64,000 nucleotides of DNA from Pirellulales bacterium (GTDB taxonomy: Bacteria; Planctomycetota; Planctomycetia; Pirellulales; JAICIG01), in contig JBBDYJ010000001.1 in the NCBI GenBank assembly GCA_040901675.1, positions 107,618 through 171,617 of the forward strand, given 5' to 3'. Below are positions 9,157 through 18,586 of this stretch, in pieces. Position numbers and translations under genes: made by a program. The number at the start of each line of letters is the position of its first letter. The first letter of the stretch is position 1. The notes beneath the pieces were generated by a model. The model was not told the origin of the DNA. It did no database searches and saw only the letters and a program-made list of their open reading frames with translations.

Positions 9157-11109
9157 ATGTCCTCGGACACAGTGCTATGCCTGGTTTGGCTCCTCCTCGG
9201 AATCCTCGTTGCGACGACTGCCAGCACCGTTGGCCTTCTTTCTGTGTGGGCGGCCTGGGGGCGCGGGCACTGGTTCGTGAGGCTCGCCGTTGTCCTTGTC
9301 GTCCTTTCGCTGGCAATGGTGATTCCGGCCTACGACCTGGTCTTGATGTTCTTCACGCAGGCGGCCGTGGTCGTTCTTTCTCTACTGCTGCTCCGGCGGC
9401 TTCGCTTTCGCAGACTGTCTTCCAGCGAGGCATCGGGCGCGGCACACCCCAGTCGGCCCAGTCGGGCGAGCTGGCCGCGTTTTGGGCTGCGGCAGCTATT
9501 CCTGGCCATCGTGCTGGCGGGAGGGCTCTTTGCGATACCGGCCGGGGTGCCCAAGCAACAATGGGCCGAATGGTTTGCCGACTCCTGGGGAGAGGGGCCG
9601 ACGCTCACGAAGCTCGGCGCGAGCCTCGGCGCGGTCACGTTGGCAGCCGCCTGGGCCGCGCTCGGCAGGCGCTGCACGCTTGTGCGTGTGTCGCTGTTAT
9701 GCCTGGTCACGGTGGCGGTCGGTGTTCTCTGGAGGATTGAGGACTCCATTCTCGGCTTGTCGAATCAAGGCGACGGGACCGAGTCCTGGTGGCTTGCATT
9801 CATTCCGGCGGCCGCGGCACTTACGGCGGCCGAGCTCGCGCTCGTCCGGACCTGGACGCTGTTGCCCGATCGGCATGGTGACCGTGCTCCGCCGCCCGGT
9901 GGCTTCAGAAACCGCCCCGCCGCCACGCGGATAGCTCGGCTCGGCGGTGCCGTCGGGGGCGCCGTGATTCTCTTGCCGCACGCTTTTATCTACTATCACC
10001 TCGTCACTCCCACGCCGATCCCGCCAACCAGAATGCCTACCCCCAATGCCTACGACGAACTGGTGGAGCTGGGGACAGAAGTCGGCAGTACACACATTGG
10101 CGACATCGACATCACCGCTGTCGACGATCTCAAACGTCACATCATCGGTCTTCCAAGGGAGGATACCGGGAGTGACGATCTCGGCCGCGGACACGAACCC
10201 GGCGACGAATCACTGCGCCGCTTTGTCGCCCAACACCAGCCGCTCTTCGATCGTGCGCGCCTCGCGCTGGCGCGAGAGTCGGTTGTGCCAGTAGACTTCA
10301 CGCTTTTCGGGGACAACGCGGAAAACCAGCTACGACTAGAGGACCTGGGATTCGCCTTCGCTGCCGAAGGAACTTTAGCAATCCACGGGAACGACGCGCG
10401 GCGCGCCGTCCGCAGCTACGTGAACTGTATCCAGCTTGCGCGAGCCACGGCACGCGGCGGCGCGCTAGGCGATTGCTGGTATGCCGACCACATCGAGATG
10501 GTGGGAGTCCGCGGCCTGAGTATATTGCGGCACGACCTCTCGCCCAGCCAATGCCGCGCGTTGGTCCAAACGCTGGCGGCAGCCGACGCCTCACGGGAAC
10601 TCCTGGACGATGCGTTCGTCCATGAGCGCGCCGTGTGGGATCATTGCTTGGGCTGGCAAGGACGGCTCGGGCGCGCTGCCGCGGACATGGCTGGCTATTC
10701 GGAGGACCGAGCATCGGCGGAAACGTCCCAGGCGCGTGTCGCCGCATTCTTGCGTCTGCTAATCTGTGACCTGGCCATCCGCTCGTACCGATTGGAACGC
10801 GGCAACCTGCCGGCCGACCTGGGGCAACTGGCTCCCGATTACCTCGCGGCCTTGCCTGAAGACCCCTTCAGCAGCGCGCCCTTGGTGTACCGCCGCGAGG
10901 TCGAGGGCTACGTACTGTACAGCGTTGGCGTCAACCGCAGAGACGACGGCGGGCGGCCGGGCGAAAACGGTGATCTCCTGGGAAAAATGCGCAGCTCGCT
11001 TGGACAGTGGCAGACGGTCTCTATAGGAGGAATAATAATGCGAGGAACAATAAGGTGTGCCTTCGGGGAATACGCACCCGAGCGTTATCAAGAATCCAAG
11101 CCGGAGTGA
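9157..11109 (+). CDS. Polytopic membrane protein with helical extracytoplasmic domain and GspG-C-terminus-like motif
   Basis: Several N-terminal TMs, 'PRFGLRQLF', 'PTPNAYDEL', 'LPEDPFSSAPLVYRR..GYVLYSVGVNRRDDGG'. Confidence 0.8.
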   Translation: MSSDTVLCLVWLLLGILVATTASTVGLLSVWAAWGRGHWFVRLAVVLVVLSLAMVIPAYDLVLMFFTQAAVVVLSLLLLRRLRFRRLSSSEASGAAHPSRPSRASWPRFGLRQLFLAIVLAGGLFAIPAGVPKQQWAEWFADSWGEGPTLTKLGASLGAVTLAAAWAALGRRCTLVRVSLLCLVTVAVGVLWRIEDSILGLSNQGDGTESWWLAFIPAAAALTAAELALVRTWTLLPDRHGDRAPPPGGFRNRPAATRIARLGGAVGGAVILLPHAFIYYHLVTPTPIPPTRMPTPNAYDELVELGTEVGSTHIGDIDITAVDDLKRHIIGLPREDTGSDDLGRGHEPGDESLRRFVAQHQPLFDRARLALARESVVPVDFTLFGDNAENQLRLEDLGFAFAAEGTLAIHGNDARRAVRSYVNCIQLARATARGGALGDCWYADHIEMVGVRGLSILRHDLSPSQCRALVQTLAAADASRELLDDAFVHERAVWDHCLGWQGRLGRAAADMAGYSEDRASAETSQARVAAFLRLLICDLAIRSYRLERGNLPADLGQLAPDYLAALPEDPFSSAPLVYRREVEGYVLYSVGVNRRDDGGRPGENGDLLGKMRSSLGQWQTVSIGGIIMRGTIRCAFGEYAPERYQESKPE

Positions 11110-11235
11110 GCGCCAACTCCGCGTACGGCCGGGCATGCGCTGCTTGCACTTCGCGGTTCTGCCTGGGCTGCAAGTCCGCCTTGGTGTGAATCCGCTTCCG
11201 CCGCCGGCTTTTTCACTGACTGGTATACTGGGCAC

Positions 11236-12450
11236 ATGTCCTCGGACACAGCGGTAAGCCTATGCCTGGATTGGCTCCTCGGAATCCTCGTTGCGACGAC
11301 CGCCAGCACCGTTGGCCTTCTTTCTGTGTGGGCGGGCTGGGGCCGCGGGCATTGGTTCGTGAGGCTGGCCGTTGTGCTTGTCGTCCTTTCGCTGGGAATG
11401 GTGATTCCGGCCTACGACCTGATCCTGATGTTCTTCACGCAGGCGGCCGTGGTCGTTCTTCCGCTACTGCTGCTCCGACGGCTGTGCTTTCGCAGACTGT
11501 CTTCCAGCGAGGCATCGGGCGCGGCACACCCCAATCGGCCCAGCCGGGCGACCTGGCCGCGTTTTAGGCTGCGGGAGCTATTCCTGGCCGTCGTGCTGGC
11601 CGGAGGGCTCTTTGCGATACCGGCCGCGGTGCCCAAGGAACTATGGGCCGAATGGTTCGCCGACTCCTATGGAGAGGGGCCGGCGCTCATTAAGCTCGGC
11701 GCGAGCCTCGGCGCGGTCACGTCGGCAGCCGCCTGGGCCGCGCTCGGCAGGCGCTGCACGCTTGTACGTTTGTCCCTATTGTGCCTGGTCCCGTTGGCGG
11801 TCGGTGTTCTCTGGAGGATTGAGGACTCCATTCTCGGCTTGTCGAATCAAGGCGACGGGACTGAATCCTGGGGGTCCTGGTGGCTTGCATTCATTCCGGC
11901 AGTGGCGGCACTTACGGCGGCCGAACTCGCGCTCGTCCGGACCTGGATGCTGTTGCCCGATCGGCATGGTGACCGTGCAGCGACGCCCGGCGGCTTCAGA
12001 AACCGCCCCGCCGCCACGCGCATCGCTCGGCTCGGCGCTGCCGCCGTGGGCGCCGTGATTGTCTTGCCGCAAGCCTTTATCTACTACCGCCTCGTCACTC
12101 CCACGCCGATTCCGCCAACCAGAATGCCTACCCCCAATGCCTACGACGAACTGGCGGAGCTCGGGACGCGACTCGGCGGTCAACACAATTTGTTCCAAGG
12201 CTACATCAGCGCTGTCGATGACGCTCTTAAACGTCAGATCATCGGTCTTCCAAGCGAGGATACGGACAGTGGCGATTCCCGCCCCCAACAGGAACCTGCG
12301 GACGAAACAATGCGCCGCTTTGTCGCCCAACACCAGCCGCTCTTGGATCGTGCGCGCCCCGCGCTGGCGCGAGAGTCGGTTGTGCCAGTTGACTACTTCA
12401 CGTTTGAGCTTTTCAGGGACAACCCGCGAAACTGGCTGGAGGACTTGGGA
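11236..12450 (+). pseudogene. Tandem paralogue of 9157..11109, truncated at the 3' end
   Basis: Colinear, highly similar DNA up to 'LEDLG' (about 12450); ORF then reads antisense into the MFS gene to 12567; C-terminal about 250 aa missing. Confidence 0.75.
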
Positions 12451-12468
12451 CTCCGCCATGGGAGTTGG

Positions 12469-13695
12469 TCAGTCCCCTGCCTCCGCTTCCTCCGGCGGCT
12501 TGACGTGGCGGAAGCCGAAGTAGAGGGCCACGTCGTAGCTGAGCTTGATGCCGGCCCCTACGAATAAAGGCGTGGCCAGCGCAAGGTTCTGCATGAACAC
12601 CCCGGCGCCGAAGGGAGTGATCGCCTGGCCCGTCATCCGCACCAGGTGCGTCAAGCCCGATGCCAGCGTCCGCTCCTCGGGACGCACTACCGCCATCACG
12701 TAACTTTGCCGCGTCGGCACGTCCATCTCCACCAATGCCTCGCGCAATAAAAACAACGCCGCGGCCCATTCGAAAGTCGGCGCCAGACCCACGCCGATCA
12801 ACAACAGGCTGGCGGGGATGTGCGTGAAGACCATCGTGTTCAGCAGGCCGATCCGCTTGGCGAGCTCCGCCGCCGCCAGGTATGACCCGGCATTCGCCAG
12901 CCGGGCCCCGGCGAACAGAACGCCCAGGATCCATTCGTCCACCTCGAACTGCTTGTAGAAAAAAAGCGACAAGAGAGCCGTGGTCAAAAACCCGCTGCCG
13001 AGACTGTCCAAGCCGATCAGCCCCGAGAACCGCCACAGCAGCCGCCGCGTGGGGGGCGATACTTTTGCCTCGTGGTGATTTGGCGCCGCTTCGACCGCCG
13101 GCGAGAGCCGCCAATATGCCAGCGCGGTAATGGCCAATAGGGCGGCGGCCGAAGCCACGGCGAACCGGTTCACTGCCTCCAATGGAGCATCCACGTAAGG
13201 TTGCGCCAGCTTGGGTGCCGCGGCACCCAGCGCGCCCACCGCATGCCCTGCGTCCTGCCAGAGGTGATAGGCCGCAAAGCCACGGGTGCGGCTGGCGTTC
13301 GTCGTGACCAGGGGGAGCATCGCCTGGTCGAGGATGACGGCGGCCCCGCGATCGCGCCCGGTGCCGTTGAGCATGCCGAAAAAGGCCGCCATGGCCGCCA
13401 CCAAGGCGTCTGAGGCGCTGATCACAACCAGGGTCCCGGCGGCTGCCAGCAGCGTGAGCTGGACCAGCAGGCGTCGGCGGCCATGGCGATCGGCGAACAA
13501 TGTGGACACCAGCGAAGCCAGCGCGGCACCGGCCAGTCCGGCGCCCACCACGTAGCCGATCTTGGCCTCGGAAAAGCCGAGCTGGGCCAAATAAATGCCC
13601 AACAACACGCCGATCATGCTGGTAGCGGCAGCCCGCGTGAAGGCAACCGCGTACAATAGCTTTTGGTCTTGCATTGTGCTTGCGGTCTGGACCAT
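12469..13695 (-). CDS. Major facilitator superfamily transporter
   Basis: Multiple TMs, motif A 'FADRHGRRRLL' and 'LAKRIGLLNTMVFTH', 'EMDVPTRQSY'. Confidence 0.9.
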   Translation of the reverse strand: MVQTASTMQDQKLLYAVAFTRAAATSMIGVLLGIYLAQLGFSEAKIGYVVGAGLAGAALASLVSTLFADRHGRRRLLVQLTLLAAAGTLVVISASDALVAAMAAFFGMLNGTGRDRGAAVILDQAMLPLVTTNASRTRGFAAYHLWQDAGHAVGALGAAAPKLAQPYVDAPLEAVNRFAVASAAALLAITALAYWRLSPAVEAAPNHHEAKVSPPTRRLLWRFSGLIGLDSLGSGFLTTALLSLFFYKQFEVDEWILGVLFAGARLANAGSYLAAAELAKRIGLLNTMVFTHIPASLLLIGVGLAPTFEWAAALFLLREALVEMDVPTRQSYVMAVVRPEERTLASGLTHLVRMTGQAITPFGAGVFMQNLALATPLFVGAGIKLSYDVALYFGFRHVKPPEEAEAGD

Positions 13696-13919
13696 GGCCG
13701 GCGCCAGCCGCCAGGCCAGCGCAACGCAACATACCGCGATGCCTTCTCAGCCGCGAGGGCGGATTGAAGGCGTCCATTGTACAAGGTACAACAAAAATAG
13801 ATCGAGCGGCCGCGCGCCGTTCGGCCGCTGAGACGCCCCGGTGGGTCACGATGGCTTGCCAGGCAGGTTACCCCAAGACGCGGGCGCTGAGCCAGGCGGC
13901 CCGCTTGGAAAGGACGTTT

Positions 13920-14369
13920 ATGGAAGGCCGCGAGCCGGCAGCCGCCAGCCCGACGGATTGGTTTACCAAGGTGATGGGTGAGGAGTTGGGGCCGATGTCG
14001 CTGGCGGATTTGACGGCGATGGCCCGCAACCGGCAAATGCTGCCGGCCGACATGGTCAAGCAGGGCAAAGCGGGCCAGTGGATTGCCGCCAGGACGGTCA
14101 AGGGGCTATTCCAGGACGACCGCGTTGTGCATGGCGGTGCCGACAGCCTGCTGCACAAGATCGACCGCGAAGCAACTCGGCTGGAGGCAAGGGCCCGCTG
14201 GATGACCATTTCTCCCTACCGGGACGAGCAGGGGAAGATCCGCGTGAAGGTGGCCCTGGTGGGGCTGGAAGCCGATCCGAGCAATCTTGCCGGCAGCATC
14301 GTGAGCGAGCTGCGCCGCCGGCTCGACGAACTCCAGGAGAAGCTCGGTGGCGGCAAGGAAGAAGGCTGA
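13920..14369 (+). CDS. GYF_2 (DUF4339) domain protein
   Basis: 'WFTKVMGEELGPMSLADLTAMARNRQMLPADMVKQGKAGQWIAARTVKGLF'; AAGGA RBS. Confidence 0.8.
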   Translation: MEGREPAAASPTDWFTKVMGEELGPMSLADLTAMARNRQMLPADMVKQGKAGQWIAARTVKGLFQDDRVVHGGADSLLHKIDREATRLEARARWMTISPYRDEQGKIRVKVALVGLEADPSNLAGSIVSELRRRLDELQEKLGGGKEEG

Positions 14370-14382
14370 AGCAGCCAGCTCC

Positions 14383-15369
14383 CTACCGCCATATTTCAGG
14401 ATTGAGCAGGTGTGCGGGACGGCGGCCGCCGAGGACGTCGAGAGCCTGCGAGATGGCGCCCTCCCACAGCCGCCGCCTCCCCTCGGCCGTGGCGCTGCCG
14501 ATGTGCGGAGTAGCGATGCAGTCGTCGCGGTCGAGCAGGGGGTGGTCCGGCGGCGGCGGCTCCGGATCGAATACGTCGAGGCCGGCGCCCTGGAGCTGGC
14601 CGCTCTCGAGGGCCTCCAGCAGGGCCGCCTCATCGACCAGGCCTCCGCGGGCGGCATTCACCAGGTAGGCGCCGCGTTTCATCTGCGCGAACCGCTCGCG
14701 GTTCATCAGCCGCCGCGTTTCCGCGGTGAGCGGCAGGTGCAGCGAGACGACGTCGGCCTGGCCGAGCAGCTCGTCGAGACTGGCCGCCAGTTCCACGCCA
14801 CAGTCGGCGGCCCGCTCGGCGGGTACAAACGGATCGTAGACCACGACCGACATGCCCATGGCCTGGGCCATTCTCGCCACCCGGCTGCCGATCCGCCCCA
14901 TGCCGACCAGGCCGAGCCGGTGGCCGTTGAGCTCCAGCCCGAGATAATCGTTGAGGTAGTCGACCTTTCCTCCTTTCCGGAGCGCCCGGTCGCATGCTTT
15001 GAGGTGCTTGACGGTGGCCAGCAACAGGGCGAAGGCGTGCTCGGCGGTCGAGACGCTGGGCGCATCGGGTGTGTAGCACACGGCGATGCCGCGGGCGGTG
15101 GCGTCGGCGAGGTTGATGTTGCCGTATCCCACGCCGGTGCGGGCGATCACCCGCAGTTGGCCACAGCGGTCCATCAACGCACCGTCGTAGCGAATGCGGG
15201 CCGAGGCCACGATCGCCTCGGCGGGACCGATGGCGCACAGCGGCTCGGCGGGCGTGGCGGTTGAGGGGCCGAGAAGCTCGGCCAGACCGGCGATCAGATG
15301 GGCGTGCTCGCCGGGCAAAGCACGTTCGAACCAGATCCTATACATGCTGTTGAATCGATCGGGACTCAC
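14383..15369 (-). CDS. D-isomer-specific 2-hydroxyacid dehydrogenase (SerA-like)
   Basis: RTGVGY, TAEH, GMGRIG, VNAARGGLVDE, GLDVFDPEP, TPHIG. Confidence 0.93.
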   Translation of the reverse strand: MSPDRFNSMYRIWFERALPGEHAHLIAGLAELLGPSTATPAEPLCAIGPAEAIVASARIRYDGALMDRCGQLRVIARTGVGYGNINLADATARGIAVCYTPDAPSVSTAEHAFALLLATVKHLKACDRALRKGGKVDYLNDYLGLELNGHRLGLVGMGRIGSRVARMAQAMGMSVVVYDPFVPAERAADCGVELAASLDELLGQADVVSLHLPLTAETRRLMNRERFAQMKRGAYLVNAARGGLVDEAALLEALESGQLQGAGLDVFDPEPPPPDHPLLDRDDCIATPHIGSATAEGRRRLWEGAISQALDVLGGRRPAHLLNPEIWR

Positions 15370-15749
15370 TGGCTTGCTGAAGATTCAATCGGCAACCCGG
15401 CCTCGCGCCAAGCCCGAAAGCCGCCGTCCATCGACCGGACGTTGGTGTAGCCCATCCGCTGCAGGCTCTCGGCGGCCAGCGCCGAACGATACCCGCCGCC
15501 GCAGTAGAGCACGATCTCGGCCGACGTGTCGGGGATCCGCTGTTCGACGTCGCGCTCCAGCACTCCCCGGCCCAGGTGCACTGCCTTGGGCACGTGCCCG
15601 GCCTGCCATTCATGGTCCTCGCGGACGTCGACCAGTTCAAAGTGCTGCCCGCTTTGGAGCCTGGCCCGCACATCATTAATCGAGGTCTCGCGCACCGCTG
15701 CCTTGGCCCGTTTGACCAGTTCCAAGAATCGGGGTGAGTGCTTCGCCAT
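15366..15749 (-). CDS. Rhodanese-like sulfurtransferase
   Basis: LVDVREDHEW..GH, LYCGGGYRS, MDGGFRAW. Confidence 0.93.
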   Translation of the reverse strand: MAKHSPRFLELVKRAKAAVRETSINDVRARLQSGQHFELVDVREDHEWQAGHVPKAVHLGRGVLERDVEQRIPDTSAEIVLYCGGGYRSALAAESLQRMGYTNVRSMDGGFRAWREAGLPIESSASQ

Positions 15750-15898
15750 GATTCCTACTCCTCGCTTCAGGAGCCCTTGCCTTTCAGTGTCTCCAATCCG
15801 CTAGTTTCACCATCGAGAGCACGCCTTGACAAGCGTGTCCGCCAAGAATCCGGCAAGACACCAGCGCCCCGATTCCAATGACCCTCATCTGTCTTTGA

Positions 15899-15949
15899 TT
15901 CCTCCTTCCTCCTTCCTCCTTCCTCCTTCTGCCTTCTGCCTTCCTCCTT
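15899..15949. repeat. Heptamer tandem repeat (TTCCTCC/TTCTGCC)n
   Basis: Direct reading, about 7 units. Confidence 0.85.
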
Positions 15950-16022
15950 TCCTGGTTAGCCCCCAGCGATGTTTGCGGTTAGCATGGCAAGGTTGGATGC
16001 ACCGCCGGTTATGAGGAATTCC

Positions 16023-16481
16023 ATGTCGATCGAACCGCTAGTCGCGTTGTTGCCGGCTCTTGTCATGGCCGCCGGTATCGGCCAGATAGCCCTGGTGATC
16101 GCCAGCCCGCTCATCCCGCGCCTGCTGGGCTGGCGCGAGGATACGGCCAAGCTGCGGCCGCTGACGCGGCAGATCTTCTGGACCTGGGCGTCCTATATCT
16201 GGCTGAGCCACTTATCGTTTGGGCTTCTGTCAGCCCTGGCGCCCGGCTGGCTGCTCGATGGTTCGCCGCTGGCCGCCGCCGTCACGGGTTTTATTGCCCT
16301 CTGGTGGGGCGCGCGGCTGGTGATCCAGTTCGCCTGCATCGACCGCGAGGGTGCCGGTTCGGGGTTGGGCGTTCGGCTCGGCGAGGCGGCTCTCGTCACT
16401 TTGTTCGTCGGCCTGACGGCGGTGTACGCCTGCGCGACCGTCGCCAACCTCGTGACCCCCGGCGGAGCCGTGAGCACGTGA
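16023..16481 (+). CDS. Hypothetical 4-TM membrane protein
   Basis: Hydrophobic segments; GAGGA RBS; GTGA overlap with next gene. Confidence 0.75.
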   Translation: MSIEPLVALLPALVMAAGIGQIALVIASPLIPRLLGWREDTAKLRPLTRQIFWTWASYIWLSHLSFGLLSALAPGWLLDGSPLAAAVTGFIALWWGARLVIQFACIDREGAGSGLGVRLGEAALVTLFVGLTAVYACATVANLVTPGGAVST

Positions 16482-17470
16482 AGACATTCATGGCCGATCC
16501 CGCCGCCGCCGGCTGGGTCGTCGCCTGTTGCGCGGCTGTGCTTGCAGCCGGATTCGCCGTGACCCGAATGTCGCTGCCGCGGCTCGCGCGCTTTGCGGCC
16601 TGGACGCTGGCAGTGCTGTCCGTGGCCGGCGCCGAGCGCATCTGCGACGGCCAGCCGGCGGGATTCCGCATGCTGGCGATCATCGCCGCGGCCTTGCTGG
16701 GGATGAAGGCGGTCGTCGCGGTCGAGGCCCAGGCGGCCGGTCAACCGCGGCTTTCGTTGGCGGCCTGGCTCCGCTTCGCTGCTGGTTGGCCGGGTATGCG
16801 GCCCGCGCCGTTCGCCAGGCCGCCGGCCGGGCCACTGCCCGGCGCGGGCAAGTTGTTCCGGCTCGGTCTTCGCCGGCTGCTCGAGGGGTTGTTGCTGTTG
16901 GCGCTGGCCCGGCTGATCTGGGGATGGGGGACGACCAACGGCCTGCCGCCAACCGGCGCGCTGGTGCCGGCGACGATGCTGATGTTGACGGCTTTGAGCC
17001 TGATCCTGCACTTTGGCCTGTTCAACCTCATCGCCGGCGGTTGGCGATGGGTGGGCATTGATTGCCGGCCGCTGTTCCGGGCGCCGCTGGCATCGCGGAG
17101 CCTGCCGGAGTTCTGGTCCAAGCGGTGGAACCTGGCTTTTTCCCAGATGGCGGCCATCGCCGTCTATCGCCCGTTATCGAATCGCGTGGGCAGGCCGGCG
17201 GCCATGTTTGCCGTCTTTCTCTACTCCGGGCTGGTCCACGAGCTGGCGATCAGCGTGCCGGTGCGTGCTGGATATGGATTGCCGTTTGCGTACTTTGTGC
17301 TGCACGGAGTGCTGGCGCTGGCCGAGCAGCGGCTTGGACTGGGCCGCTTCCGGCAAGACTGGCTGCGGCGCGCCTGGACCGCGGCATGGCTGGCGTTGCC
17401 GTTGCCGCTGTTGTTCCACCCCTGGTTCCTGGACGGCATTATCTGGCCGATGTTGGGCTGTTGCTCTTGA
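16478..17470 (+). CDS. Membrane-bound O-acyltransferase (MBOAT_2/wax-synthase-like)
   Basis: 'PLASRSLPEFWSKRWN' and 'FLYSGLVHEL' with catalytic His. Confidence 0.88.
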   Translation: MKTFMADPAAAGWVVACCAAVLAAGFAVTRMSLPRLARFAAWTLAVLSVAGAERICDGQPAGFRMLAIIAAALLGMKAVVAVEAQAAGQPRLSLAAWLRFAAGWPGMRPAPFARPPAGPLPGAGKLFRLGLRRLLEGLLLLALARLIWGWGTTNGLPPTGALVPATMLMLTALSLILHFGLFNLIAGGWRWVGIDCRPLFRAPLASRSLPEFWSKRWNLAFSQMAAIAVYRPLSNRVGRPAAMFAVFLYSGLVHELAISVPVRAGYGLPFAYFVLHGVLALAEQRLGLGRFRQDWLRRAWTAAWLALPLPLLFHPWFLDGIIWPMLGCCS

Positions 17471-17474
17471 GCAT

Positions 17475-17558
17475 AATCAAAGCGTCGCGGCTGATGAAGT
17501 CCATCTGCACGGCCAGGATGCCGAACAGCAGGTTTCGGTCGGCCGCGGTCGGTGTCAT
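17475..17558 (-). pseudogene. N-terminal remnant of a planctomycete Ser/Thr kinase gene
   Basis: MTPTAADRNLLFGILAVQMDFISRDALI resembles the N-terminus common in such kinases; ATGA-coupled to upstream gene; frame ends at 17439 inside the convergent MBOAT gene. Confidence 0.65.
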
Positions 17559-18571
17559 GGATTGGCGCCCTCGCTGAGGATCAGGGCCATGGTTGCCCAA
17601 CTGGTGGCGCTGATCGAAATGAACTGCGATTTCTCGTGTGGGAAACCACTTTCGAAGTAGACCTGGATCGGACGGATGCGGGTGGTCACCAGCCAGGAGC
17701 CGTCGGCCAGTTGGCTCTCGAGCAGCCACGCCACTGCGTTGCGATAGGCGGCGTGATCGGCGCCGATACCGCCCGCCTGGGCCAGTGCCGTCAATGCCTG
17801 GCCGGTGGCGTAGGCGTCGCTGGCCATCTCGCTGAGTTGCCCCCACCCGCCGTCGTCGCGCTGGGCGGCCAGCAACTGGGCCGCGGCCGATTGGATCTCT
17901 TCCTCCGCGGCGGCTGCCCACTTCAAACCCAACAGGCGGAAGGTCATGTCCTCGTTGGTCACCGCCGTCTGACCCAGCAGCCAGGTCCGGGCCTTCGCGA
18001 TCCGCTCGGCCGCGCCGTCGCGCCCGTCGGCCGGCGCATACAGGTCCAACCCGCGCAGCGACAGTGCGGTGGCCGCGAAGTCGCTGTCTTCCAGCGGCGG
18101 GCGGTGCGTACCGATCTTCCACGATCCGTCGTCCTGTTGCCGCTTCGTCAGGTAAGCGACCAGCGCGGCGGTAGTCTCGTCGGCCGGCCAGTTGTCCGCG
18201 GCCAGCCCGACCAGCGCATAGCCGGCCGAGAACGGGCCGCCGGGGACTCCTTCGCCTTTGACGAGGCTCTCTTTGCGATCGGCAAAATGGCGGATGGTGA
18301 ACTCCGACTGGGCGCGGGCGGCGGCACTGTCGGTTTCCAGACCGTGCGCGCCGGCCAGGGCAAGCGCCATGACGGGCAGCGTCTGGTGATGGCAGGAGAA
18401 GCAGTCGCGCTGGCGGGTGTATTCCTCGGCGCTGGCCGCCAGCAGGGCCAGGCTGCGGGCGACGTCGGGCCCTGCCGCCGCTTCCGCCGGCACGGGCTCA
18501 TCCCCGCGGGCCGCCATGGTGCTTGGATGAAAAAGAACGACGGCCAGTAAGGCGAGGCAACGGACGATCAT
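17555..18571 (-). CDS. Secreted prenyltransferase/squalene-oxidase repeat protein
   Basis: Signal peptide, CFSCHH, QW-like repeats 'KRQQDDGSW', 'AAQRDDGGW', 'ESQLADGSW'. Confidence 0.85.
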   Translation of the reverse strand: MIVRCLALLAVVLFHPSTMAARGDEPVPAEAAAGPDVARSLALLAASAEEYTRQRDCFSCHHQTLPVMALALAGAHGLETDSAAARAQSEFTIRHFADRKESLVKGEGVPGGPFSAGYALVGLAADNWPADETTAALVAYLTKRQQDDGSWKIGTHRPPLEDSDFAATALSLRGLDLYAPADGRDGAAERIAKARTWLLGQTAVTNEDMTFRLLGLKWAAAAEEEIQSAAAQLLAAQRDDGGWGQLSEMASDAYATGQALTALAQAGGIGADHAAYRNAVAWLLESQLADGSWLVTTRIRPIQVYFESGFPHEKSQFISISATSWATMALILSEGANP

Positions 18572-18586
18572 CGCGGATACTCCCTT

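Noticed and set aside
11025..11109. Internal GGAGG plus ATG giving a 23-aa peptide
   Set aside because: In frame within the tail of the larger ORF, with no independent support
9157..12450. DGR template/variable repeat pair
   Set aside because: Differences are not adenine-specific, include many synonymous changes and indels, and no reverse transcriptase is present
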